Both the position numbers and the translations under genes were made by a program. A DNA stretch of 63,993 nt, the filler included, from Octopus bimaculoides (lineage: Eukaryota), in assembly GCF_001194135.2 (NCBI RefSeq). It is 8 parts of 7 records of this genome, joined end to end, with 100 filler letters (N's around TTAATTAATTAA, not from the genome) between each part and the next. Parts side by side here need not be neighbours in the genome. Positions count along the whole stretch, not along the records: positions 40,881 to 52,071 come from NC_068991.1; positions 52,172 to 56,604 come from NW_026361396.1; 6 more parts are not named here. One strand, given 5' to 3'. Positions 41,121 through 52,344 of this stretch are shown in pieces. Under the pieces are notes generated by a model, which saw nothing but the letters and a program-made list of their open reading frames with translations, searched no databases and was not told where the DNA came from. Position 1 is the stretch's first letter. Each line of letters opens with the position of its first letter.

Positions 41121-41620
41121 ATTATCATTTAATATGACAGCAGATGTGAGAACACCTACAACGCTAGAAATAAGAACTAAAGTGTTCTGATGCTGCGATC
41201 AAACGCACATAATTGTATACATACATACTAACAGCGATCGTAAACTGCTGAAAGTGTCAGTCGTGATATCTCTATACCGACGGTGGTTTCGGCTTTAAGA
41301 TCGAAGCCTCTTCAGTAGGGTCGGCACAATACACCAGCTTCAGGACAAGATCACCGCTAGTTTATATGTCTGCTCCATAGAAATCTATGGATAATTTAGC
41401 GAATCACTAATGTGTATACCAATAATTAAATTAGGCAGCAGTTAATTAATGTATCACCGGAAAAGAGAACTATAATTGTCATTAAATACGACAGTGGGTA
41501 TTAGAACACCTAATATGCTCGAAAGAAGAGCTAAAGTGCTCTGATGCTGACTGTTATATATACATATAGCAGTCTAATGCCTGCACAGCTACAAACATAC
41601 ATAGTCTTACTAGCAGCTAT
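41121..41620. repeat. diverged direct repeats (period ~355 bp) flanking a hammerhead
   Basis: TCATT.AATA.GACAG...AGAACACCTA...CTAAAGTG.TCTGATGCTG at ~41121-41195 and ~41476-41549. Confidence 0.7.
41270..41320 (-). ncRNA. type I hammerhead ribozyme, canonical core
   Basis: Minus: CCCTA-CTGAAGA-GGCTT-CGATCTTA-AAGCC-GAAA-CC-ACCGTC-GG-TA-TAGAG; G10.1-C11.1 pair, 5-bp helix II, GUA site. Confidence 0.68.
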
Positions 41621-41879
41621 CTCCTCTCACGAACGGAATACCAGTTTAGCGAATGTCTCACTTATAGTTATTCCAAAAATAAAATAACGAATATATATGT
41701 ATATATAACTTTTAAAAAATAGTGTTAATTTGACAAAATTTTCTCAGTACAGTTCGAATGTAATTTAGAAATAATTCATTAACACTTTGTTTTATTGATT
41801 CTTTTATCAAAATCAATTTAGAATAAGACTACTTTAACAATTTTATAAAATATACTCTTTATCTTTATTATTATTATTA

Positions 41880-41913
<34 letters not shown>

Positions 41914-42423
41914 TCTAAATTAGATTTACACTATGAAATTATATTTATATAAGTAGATGAATAAGTATTCTTGATAAATAAAAAAAATGTTTTTGTTTTT
42001 TTTAATGGAGTAATGAAAGAAAGAGATAGCAAAAAACAAAAAAAAAAACAAAAAAAATAGCGTTCGACAATCAATTACTAAATAGATATACATATATTAT
42101 GCTCAATTGATAGCTATGAATGAAAAATAAATTTTCATTATGAAAAATAATTAGATTCAATTAATGGCTATAATGACTGATGGATGAATGAAATAGATCG
42201 TTTTCGCAGAGCTTGTCGGCCGGTTGGTTGGCTGGAAGGCTGGTTGTTGACAAGCAAACCATTTTATTCGATTTGTGGGTGTATGTGTATGGATGTGCTT
42301 ACGTAAATATATATGTATAAGCTACGTGCATTTCTTGCATACGTATATATATATATACGTAAATATATAAAAAATAAAAAGATAAAGAGAGCAATGGTAA
42401 GGTTGAAGAATTTTATGGATATA

Positions 42424-42472
42424 GTCTTACAGCTGTTTCTGGGAAGATCCAGTACTTCCCTTCATCGGAGAC
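42424..42472 (-). ncRNA. type I hammerhead-like motif (CCGAUGA variant)
   Basis: Minus: GTCT-CCGATGA-A-GGGAAG-TACTGGAT-CTTCCC-A-GAAA-CAGCTG-TA-AGAC; perfect palindrome ACAGCTGT. Confidence 0.62.
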
Positions 42473-43374
42473 AGAAAAAATAAAGTAATCTATTATCATA
42501 TCCATAGGCGGATATTTTTAGTATGAAGTGGTAAAGAGTGTGATGTGCTGAGAAAAGAGAGAACAGTACTTGAAGTGTAGTTTCATTCCAGTGATAAATA
42601 TCCGTGTAGAAATTCGTGCAAATTNNNNNNNNNNNNNNNNNNNNNNNNNNNNNNNNNNNNNNNNNNNNNNNNNNNNNNNNNNNNNNNNNNNNNNNNNNNN
42701 NNNNNNNNNNNNNNNNNNNNNNNNNNNNNNNNNNNNNNNNNNNNNNNNNNNNNNNNNNNNNNNNNNNNNNNNNNNNNNNNNNNNNNNNNNNNNNNNNNNN
42801 NNNNNNNNNNNNNNNNNNNNNNNNNNNNNNNNNNNNNNNNNNNNNNNNNNNNNNNNNNNNNNNNNNNNNNNNNNNNNNNNNNNNNNNNNNNNNNNNNNNN
42901 NNNNNNNNNNNNNNNNNNNNNNNNNNNNNNNNNNNNNNNNNNNNNNNNNNNNNNNNNNNNNNNNNNNNNNNNNNNNNNNNNNNNNNNNNNNNNNNNNNNN
43001 NNNNNNNNNNNNNNNNNNNNNNNNNNNNNNNNNNNNNNNNNNNNNNNNNNNNNNNNNNNNNNNNNNNNNNNNNNNNNNNNNNNNNNNNNNNNNNNNNNNN
43101 NNNNNNNNNNNNNNNNNNNNNNNNNNNNNNNNNNNNNNNNNNNNNNNNNNNNNNNNNNNNNNNNNNNNNNNNNNNNNNNNNNNNNNNNNNNNNNNNNNNN
43201 NNNNNNNNNNNNNNNNNNNNNNNNNNNNNNNNNNNNNNNNNNNNNNNNNNNNNNNNNNNNNNNNNNNNNNNNNNNNNNNNNNNNNNNNNNNNNNNNNNNN
43301 NNNNNNNNNNNNNNNNNNNNNNNNNNNNNNNNNNNNNNNNNNNNNNNNNNNNNNNNNNNNNNNNNNNNNNNNNN

Positions 43375-43410
<36 letters not shown>

Positions 43411-43824
43411 GCACACCAATAATTAAATGACACACTTCTCACTATCTCTTTTTCCTTTCCTTCCATTTTATATATCAGTTTTCTTTATATTTTCTTTCTC
43501 TTTTCATAAGACTCTATATTTCGTATTTCACCTACCTACATATTTCCCTTTCTTTTACTATGCTATCAATGGGTTTTCACTTTTTTCCACTGTTTATGTT
43601 ACGATATATTGATCACCCGTCATATTATATATTTAGGTATTAGAATATCGATATTTACGAGCCTCTCTTTGACCTACGTTTTACCAGCACTTCACAATAT
43701 TCATCTGAAAATAAAGATGTAATGCAGTTTTGAAGAAGTGACATTGCGAAACTTGGAGTAAACATCAGGGAAGATCTCATACACATGTGTGTGCGTATGT
43801 ATGTGTGTGGGTAATTGTGGGTAA

Positions 43825-43970
43825 TTCGCCATCATAGATCGCTAGCCACTACATATTCTTTAATTTCTCTCCTTGTTTCTTTCTGTGTTCCTTTCTGTGG
43901 AAGAGCGTAGGCTCGAAACGTTAAAGACTTTTTCACTTTCCGAGCGTTAAACTAATACATCTGTTTGTTG
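43825..43970 (+). mobile_element. HHR-like repeat family H, copy 3
   Basis: CTTT-CTGTGGA-A-GAG-CGTAGG-CTC-GAAA-CG-TT-AAAG at 43891-43926. Confidence 0.75.
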
Positions 43971-44679
43971 TCAGAATCGTCTTCCTTTAGAGCGTAGATT
44001 AATATTGGAATGTAACATTTTCTATGAATTCGCTTCAAAATGCGATGGGCGCTTGATTTCGAGATTCGTATCTCACGAGAAAATTGTCGTGCAGACCTCT
44101 GTGGGCATTGGTGGAGGGCTTCCAGCAATTGTTTTCCCTTTAGAGGGTTTCCAGCAATTGTTTTTGCTTTGCGAAGTTGAATGATGACTGTGGTCTTTCT
44201 GAACGCTACTTATNNNNNNNNNNNNNNNNNNNNNNNNNNNNNNNNNNNNNNNNNNNNNNNNNNNNNNNNNNNNNNNNNNNNNNNNNNNNNNNNNNNNNNN
44301 NNNNNNNNNNNNNNNNNNNNNNNNNNNNNNNNNNNNNNNNNNNNNNNNNNNNNNNNNNNNNNNNNNNNNNNNNNNNNNNNNNNNNNNNNNNNNNNNNNNN
44401 NNNNNNNNNNNNNNNNNNNNNNNNNNNNNNNNNNNNNNNNNNNNNNNNNNNNNNNNNNNNNNNNNNNNNNNNNNNNNNNNNNNNNNNNNNNNNNNNNNNN
44501 NNNNNNNNNNNNNNNNNNNNNNNNNNNNNNNNNNNNNNNNNNNNNNNNNNNNNNNNNNNNNNNNNNNNNNNNNNNNNNNNNNNNNNNNNNNNNNNNNNNN
44601 NNNNNNNNNNNNNNNNNNNNNNNNNNNNNNNNNNNNNNNNNNNNNNNNNNNNNNNNNNNNNNNNNNNNNNNNNNNNNNN

Positions 44680-44917
44680 ACTCTTCCACCACAACTTTCT
44701 CTCACTCTTACTTCCTATTTTCTGTTGTGCCTGTAATTCAAAGAGTCAGCTTTGTCACACTGTGTCACGCTGAATATCCCCGAGAACTACGTTAAGGGTA
44801 CACGTGTCTGTGGAGTGCTCAGCCACTTGCACGTTAATTTCACGAGCAGGCTGTTCCGTTGATCGGATCAACTGGAATCCTCGACGTCGTAAGCGACGGA
44901 GTGCCAACAACAACAAT
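44680..44917 (+). mobile_element. retroposon 3' end (family E) with (AAC)n tail
   Basis: GTTGATCGGATCAACTGGAA...GACGGAGTGCCA also present at 7491-7540. Confidence 0.65.
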
Positions 44918-45454
44918 ATGAAGAGTTAAATTGTTAGTGCGTTTTGGTGGGTCAGGGACACTTTGTACGTATACGAATGTATATATGTGCATGTATGAGT
45001 ATGCGTGTACTAGAATATTCTAGCATTAAATGTGAAGGCATAAAAGAAATATGCTGAACCGGGTATTTGATAAATCTTCAGCTTAACATACATCGTGTAT
45101 ATTTGATATAAGCTTGTTACAGCATATGATATACCGCCAGGTTATTTTCTGTTGCATGTAAATTTACGAAAAGCAATATAGTTTGTCAATAATCAATGCA
45201 GCATGTATTCCAAACACATATAATATAAATATCATTATGACAAATCTTATATATAAAGTTATGACTGCGAAGCCTGTGTACGTCGTAATATACATATTTT
45301 ATTCAATATATATTCACTACACATATTTCCGTAGTTAATATAAATGGATTACAATTTTCATGTACTAAAATATGCATATTGACAATATACGTATATAATG
45401 TACACTTCAAACTTGGCAGAGTACTTCATACATTACTGTACATAAATTAGACGT

Positions 45455-45715
45455 GAGGGTGCGTGGCTTACTGGTTAGGGCAATCGGTTCACGATCGTAT
45501 GAGTGCATATGTTCTTTATGCATTCGAAAACTGAGATGCTAATTTTGACGTGGCTTGTTTACGTCCCCATAAATTAACGGCTCGGCGAAAGACACCCACA
45601 GAAGAAGTAGTTGACTTGAATAAATATTGGGGTCCGTTGGTTCGACTAAAAGCCCTTCGAGACGATGCTTCAGCATGGATATAGTCCAATGGCTGGAACA
45701 AGCAGAAGATAAGTA
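45455..45715 (+). mobile_element. family C-like tRNA head followed by family B 3' half
   Basis: TGGCTTACTGGTTAGGG head, then GTTTACGTCCCC...GATGCTTCAGCATGG...GGAACAAGCAGAAGA. Confidence 0.55.
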
Positions 45716-46128
45716 CCGTCTTTATTTTCTTATCAGCAGCTTCGTCCTACAGACCGCATCCAATGTGTGTCTGTGTGTGTGTCTGTGTGTGTGTGTCTGT
45801 GTCTTTTTAGACTGTAGAGAGGATTTGGCAGCTAATTCTAGCCGGTCGTGTGATCAAGAAGAGTGCTCTTCCTTGACACATAACTTGTGTATGTATTTCT
45901 TTTCAGAAATCTGAAAAGTGGATAGAACCAGAGAACAAATGTATCTTGATGAAAATAGAGGGAGAGTCTAGTCTTGACATATATTGCTACTCAGAGAATG
46001 AGAGAGTGGCAGGAGAGATCGGGAAGACAAATGATACTGAGAGAGAGCATGGGGAAGAGGGAAGCCAGACATTGATACTGAAACGGACAGCAGAAAACTT
46101 GAAAGCCATACGTGTGTGTATTTATGTA

Positions 46129-46162
<34 letters not shown>

Positions 46163-46903
46163 NNNNNNNNNNNNNNNNNNNNNNNNNNNNNNNNNNNNNN
46201 NNNNNNNNNNNNNNNNNNNNNNNNNNNNNNNNNNNNNNNNNNNNNNNNNNNNNNNNNNNNNNNNNNNNNNNNNNNNNNNNNNNNNNNNNNNNNNNNNNNN
46301 NNNNNNNNNNNNNNNNNNNNNNNNNNNNNNNNNNNNNNNNNNNNNNNNNNNNNNNNNNNNNNNNNNNNNNNNNNNNNNNNNNNNNNNNNNNNNNNNNNNN
46401 NNNNNNNNNNNNNNNNNNNNNNNNNNNNNNNNNNNNNNNNNNNNNNNNNNNNNNNNNNNNNNNNNNNNNNNNNNNNNNNNNNNNNNNNNNNNNNNNNNNN
46501 NNNNNNNNNNNNNNNNNNNNNNNNNNNNNNNNNNNNNNNNNNNNNNNNNNNNNNNNNNNNNNNNNNNNNNNNNNNNNNNNNNNNNNNNNNNNNNNNNNNN
46601 NNNNNNNNNNNNNNNNNNNNNNNNNNNNNNNNNNNNNNNNNNNNNNNNNNNNNNNNNNNNNNNNNNNNNNNNNNNNNNNNNNNNNNNNNNNNNNNNNNNN
46701 NNNNNNNNNNNNNNNNNNNNNNNNNNNNNNNNNNNNNNNNNNNNNNNNNNNNNNNNNNNNNNNNNNNNNNNNNNNNNNNNNNNNNNNNNNNNNNNNNNNN
46801 NNNNNNNNNNNNNNNNNNNNNNNNNNNNNNNNNNNNNNNNNNNNNNNNNNNNNNNNNNNTATATATATATATATATGTATATATATGTGTATATATGTAT
46901 GTG

Positions 46904-46939
<36 letters not shown>

Positions 46940-47479
46940 TATGTGTATATATATGTGTGTGTGTGTATGAGTGTATGTATAACTTTGTAATTGTTATATA
47001 TATGGTTTTATAAATTCATATACACACATACACATACACATACACTCACTGATCATGTGTCATATTGATTTTCTTACGTGACTTAATGAATACAGAAGAT
47101 GATATGTCATGTGACCAACGAGAAAAGATACAGGTTGTCATTCTGTCCGTTACTGATGTTTTAGCAATATGTCATGGCCAACATTTTCTTTTGATGCCTG
47201 TTATACGTTTAGCAAATTTATGCAGAATATTGAGAGAAAATTGGGAAAATAATGATAGTGTATTGTTGGTAGGGGCGCGTATTGACCCCCACGAGTCTAC
47301 TATTAGACAGAAACGCATTAATCTTTTTATCAATAACCAACGATAAATACGAAGAAAAACCACACAGAGAAAAAGCGGTACGATTTCTGTATAGATATTA
47401 TTAATACCAAACTATTAATGCTGGACCATCGACTCGTAAAATGACAGAAGCTCATGACCTTTTGCGGAAACAATATAAT

Positions 47480-47945
47480 CTCTTATATCGATAGTAGTAC
47501 TTCGCTGGTGCTTATTTTTTTATCGATTTATGATAGGATTAAAGACAAAGTTGACTTCGGTGGCTTTAGAACTCAACTGCGAATGTAGCATTTTTATCAA
47601 ACGTTCAAACTATTGTGCTAATCCAACTTTATGTTCGTAAATACTATGATATTGGTTTTGCCTTTCACCCTTTTGGGGTCGATAAATTAAGTACGAGTTG
47701 CGTACTGGAGTCGATCTAACTGACTGGCCCATTTCCCTCACAATGTCGGGCCTTGTGCCTAAAGTAGAAAAGAGTATATTTCCTTTATTTTATTTTATTT
47801 ATTTATCTATTTATTTATTTTGTGGGTGAGGTATTATTGATCATATTATGTCCAGTACTCGATTGGTATTTTAATGTATCAACCACAAATGGTTAAAAGG
47901 CATAGCTAATCTCGGCTAGATTTGAGCTCAAAACATACCTGAATA
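47480..47945. mobile_element. cluster of three diverged family A SINE pieces (-, +, -)
   Basis: Central Nin-like block recognisable at ~47530 (-), ~47670 (+) and ~47880 (-). Confidence 0.65.
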
Positions 47946-48039
47946 CAGCAAGCATTTTGTACGATGCTTTTAACGCAGAGATGAAGTTGCTTTTTATATT
48001 GGAATATCGCATTGAAATCAACAGCCATCTGAACAAGGC

Positions 48040-48044
<5 letters not shown>

Positions 48045-48125
<81 letters not shown>
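48045..48125. repeat. (CT)n microsatellite
   Basis: Direct reading; similar array at 3396-3486. Confidence 0.97.
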
Positions 48126-48128
<3 letters not shown>

Positions 48129-48378
48129 CGTATAAAAATTATAGTTCTAAGCTTTATGCACTTCTTATATAGCTCATAAAAATATACTCAAGCAAAATGT
48201 GAATTATAGGCAGAGCTTCAAAATAAAAACCTGAGTGTAAATTTTTTGTTGGAAGAGAAAATTTCTTTGGATTTCTGTATTAAACACAGTTATGATTACA
48301 ACCAATTACAAATGCGGTTAATGAGATGTAAGTAAGCTACCTGTGTGTATAACGTTTATAATGCGTATACGGCACGGG

Positions 48379-48566
48379 CTGTGATATTTTGTCTCAAAGA
48401 AACTGCTCGGAGACTTACGTGTTGAAAACACAGGGCTCCGTCAGACCGACGGTGGATCGCCAGATACAGTGTTTCAACTTGATTCGGTCTACTCAGAGAT
48501 GAATACCACGGTGTTGCCTTGTTTTGTTTGTTCTTGACACCAAAGTTTCTCTGAGATAAAATACAG
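48379..48566. mobile_element. small MITE-like foldback
   Basis: Ends CTGTGATATTTTGTCTCAAAGAAACT / AGTTTCTCTGAGATAAAATACAG are imperfect reverse complements; nested GTTGAAAACAC/GTGTTTCAAC and CCGTC/GACGG. No TSD seen. Confidence 0.45.
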
Positions 48567-49135
48567 TTAGCACTATTCTGTGTTTCTATACACATAACTG
48601 TATACACATCGGTATTTTACTTAAAGTTGTTTCAAGTGCATATATTAAATTGTATAAGGGATTTTTGAGATATTGTAATTAATTGACAAAAGAAACTTCA
48701 AATATAATTAAATCAACAAAAATATAATCCAGTATAATGAATTCTTTCCGACGTTATATTCCTTTCAGAAGGCTTCACTTGATATGGGGGACGATCCTTA
48801 TGAACGCTGCAGGATCCGGAACTTTGCTGTAGCGTTTATGTCAATCAATCGTCCGCCATTATTATTTTACGAATCAATTATAATATTGATTTTTTAAATG
48901 GGCACAAGGTCAAAGGGTTGTATTTCAGGAGGGTGTAGTCAATTATATTGTGCAGCACAGAACTATTCTTTATGCTAGGTCTACCAAAATATTAATATTT
49001 AACCTTTTAATACTTAAAACCCGCACTATCAATATGAAAGAGAGACAATATTTGTTGATCTACGTCAGCTTTTTTAAGAGTAAGTGAAGAGTATAGAAGA
49101 AATTAAATTATCATACACATATACACATACTCGAA

Positions 49136-49900
49136 ATTCATTCATTCATTCGTTTCCCCTTGTGCCTTGTGACACTTGAGGTGACAGCATAATCATTCCA
49201 CCTTCTAACACTAAAAGCATCCGCGACATCTTGTTCCATTGTCAACCCACTGCTTTTAAGATCTTTTATTATTGATCTTTGCCACGTATCCTTTGGCCGG
49301 TTACGTCTTCTTTTACCTTTTACATACAGCTTAAAACTACAATTTTTATACGAATGAGAGAGAGAGAGAGAGGGGGGATGCAGCCTTTTCAGATGGCAGT
49401 TGACTTCAATGCGGTATTCCAGCACATCCTGACAATTGAGTTCGGTTTATAGCGACAAACTCGACCCACCCATTTCCATCTCCTTGCTTCAATAGTTTTC
49501 TTATTGATTTCACATTAGCCTTGGTGTACAGTTGGCCAGTCAAGATCATATTCGGCCAGTAAACCTTCAAAATTTTTCGTAAACATTTACTTTAAAATAC
49601 TTCCAATTTCTTTTCAATACTTTTGGTTGTTTCCCAACATTCGGATCCATAGAGAAGGATGCCAAGTATGATGCTTTTGTAAAATCGCATTCCAGTGCTC
49701 CTGCTGTGTATTGCTGATTTCCATTTTGAGTTTAAGATACTGAATGGTTGGTTGGCTTTGGTGGTTCTTGTATTTATTTCATGAATGCAGTCTCCATCCA
49801 TTGTTATTTTAGTGCCTAGATAGTTAAATTCTTCAACATTTGTGGTTGGTTTTTCGTTCAAAGTCATATGGTCAGCATCTGTTATATTTTTACAAAGAGT
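49136..49900 (-). mobile_element. RTE-clade LINE 3' fragment
   Basis: VEEFNYLGTKI...EINTR...LLYGSECW...RKILKVYWPN...GKRRRNRPKDTW...DLK; (TGAA)n tail at 49136-49150. Confidence 0.82.
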
Positions 49901-50204
49901 GTATGTTTTCTTCTCGTTGAAAACTCATACGAGGCAATCTAGCATGTGCCCCGTGCTCGTATTTATATGTTTAATCTTGGCGTTCCCGTTGATGAAGACT
50001 CCGCTTAGCAAATTATTTTATTTGCTAATATAGAGTCAGAAACCATGGTCCAGGAGATAGATGATAAATGTATTTATTTTTTCATTCCCTTCGAAATTTA
50101 TCCCTAATAGTGGTTTGGATTTTGGCTATTCCTTCTAGCGTGCCAAGTATCCTATTATGGATACTTCTTATCTGTTTAAATGTACATTGTATTTATATAT
50201 ATAT

Positions 50205-50239
<35 letters not shown>

Positions 50240-51109
50240 NNNNNNNNNNNNNNNNNNNNNNNNNNNNNNNNNNNNNNNNNNNNNNNNNNNNNNNNNNNNN
50301 NNNNNNNNNNNNNNNNNNNNNNNNNNNNNNNNNNNNNNNNNNNNNNNNNNNNNNNNNNNNNNNNNNNNNNNNNNNNNNNNNNNNNNNNNNNNNNNNNNNN
50401 NNNNNNNNNNNNNNATATATATATATATATATAATGTTCTATATTGAGAAAACGGTGGATGTAAATTAATCTAAAATGGGATCTTATAGTATAAATGTTT
50501 CCATTCACATTTTGGTTCTCCTTTTTTGAAATATAAGAAGATAATCGAATGCGAGATGATAGGATCATAAACAAAGTCATTATCGGTATCCATAAACAAA
50601 GTGATAACAAATAATATTTTAAGTGCTTGGAAATAACGATCTGCTACCTCGTGATATAAATAACGTAGTAAGTAGAAAGAGAGGGTTACTGAAAAGTTAA
50701 TTATCGAAGATTTTTAGCACCTCATATAATAAGATTTTTGCACTTGAGCGAAGTAATAAAACGGTGATGCATCAGAATGAATTGCGCATATTGAAATAGA
50801 AGGAGAAATATAACGTATCTATCATCTACGAAATTTACAAATGTAAACCATAACATGACTGGTGAGTGTGTATATAATGGTGTGTGTATATAGAAATTTC
50901 TTACTAGTGCTCTGGTAGCGATAGTGAAGATTATATTTTTCTGAGAATTTCTAATAAGGCCGAAACATGATCAATATCGTTATCCTTTCATCCGAAGGTT
51001 AGATTTAATTTCTCTTTACCACGACTAACACTAGAGATCACTGGCACCTTGAGCAATCTGAATTTTGTTCAATTAACATGCATAAACACTTATATACTTC
51101 CCTCTATGC

Positions 51110-51226
51110 ATACATACATACATACATACANNNNNNNNNNGGTAGGTAGGTAGATAGGTAGGTAGGTAGGTAGGTAGGTAGGTAGGTAGGTAGGTAGGTA
51201 GGTAGGTAGGTAGGTAGGTAGGTAGT
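51110..51226. repeat. (CATA)n / (TAGG)n microsatellites around a 10-N gap
   Basis: Direct reading. Confidence 0.95.
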
Positions 51227-51503
51227 TACTTTATACTACTTCAAAATAATCTTGACAAGTTTTATGGCTATACCCATTATGATTCTATTGACTCTCTCAT
51301 GCCCTTTCCTAATAGACACTATTCTTTAGTCTTAGATTTGATACAGAAGACTACTAAATTAAAACTGAACCAAAATCAGTGACAAGCTATGACGCAAACA
51401 ATTTTTTTTCCTGCGTGGACTTTATCTTCTTACCCTATTAGAGTATTTAAGTAAAATTATACAAATATGTCCGACTGATTTTTAAAATTCTCTTTATTTA
51501 TTT

Positions 51504-51591
51504 ATGCAGCTGAGGATAGCCCTGCATTTAAATTGATGTAATGATTGCATTGTTCAATTAAATGGAGCCGCTTGAAACGATTGTACTGCAT
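51504..51591 (+). ncRNA. type I hammerhead ribozyme, intact core
   Basis: ATGCAG-CTGAGGA-TAGC...CATTTAAATTGA...TCAATTAAATG...GCTT-GAAA-CGATTG-TA-CTGCAT; perfect 6-bp helix I, extended helix II, near-palindromic helix III, GUA site. Confidence 0.72.
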
Positions 51592-51634
51592 CACCTCTGG
51601 ATATCTTGTTGCTTATTTTGATTATATATATATA

Positions 51635-51810
51635 CATTTGCCATGTTGGACCGCTGAACTTCACAAGGCTTTATTCATTCTCTCTCTGCTTATTTTCTTT
51701 TATTCCTTTCTGCTGAAGAGCGTAGGGTCGAAACGTAAAAGGCTTGTTCATTTTTCCCGACCTTCAAACTAATACACTTGCTTGTTGTTAATACACCTGT
51801 CTTCGTCATT
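51635..51810 (+). mobile_element. HHR-like repeat family H, copy 4
   Basis: CCTTT-CTGCTGA-A-GAG-CGTAGG-GTC-GAAA-CG-TA-AAAGG at 51705-51742. Confidence 0.72.
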
Positions 51811-52344
51811 AGGTCATTTTTGTATTATCTGAAATAAAATACACACATATCGATTGAATATTGACTTTTATCAGATACTTTGTATATTTATAGATTAATA
51901 TATAAATATGCGATAAATAAGACCCCAAAGCACGATATGTAGATGCATATAACGCTGTAGGGTTACACCAGATTGATTTGGAAATTTGTTTTCCAAAATT
52001 ATTTATATTTATATGTATACATATATATATACTCACACACGCACGCACATACATGCATACATATATATATANNNNNNNNNNNNNNNNNNNNNNNNNNNNN
52101 NNNNNNNNNNNNNNNTTAATTAATTAANNNNNNNNNNNNNNNNNNNNNNNNNNNNNNNNNNNNNNNNNNNNATTTAAAAGCTTCTCACTGATTTAAGTAT
52201 ATCTGAGTTATTTTTTATTTTTTTAATTTTTTTGTCAGATGCCAAAAGGGAAGATAAATTAGTGTTACCAGTTAGAGAGCAGGGGACTCAAAAACTGGAC
52301 AGTCTGGCCTAAAGCTGTTATCTAACTCTGATCCTATATGAAGA

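Noticed and set aside
47065-47346. 93-aa ORF with VLLVGARID resembling a GTPase G4 region
   Set aside because: Lacks NKxD and the other G motifs; no splice support.
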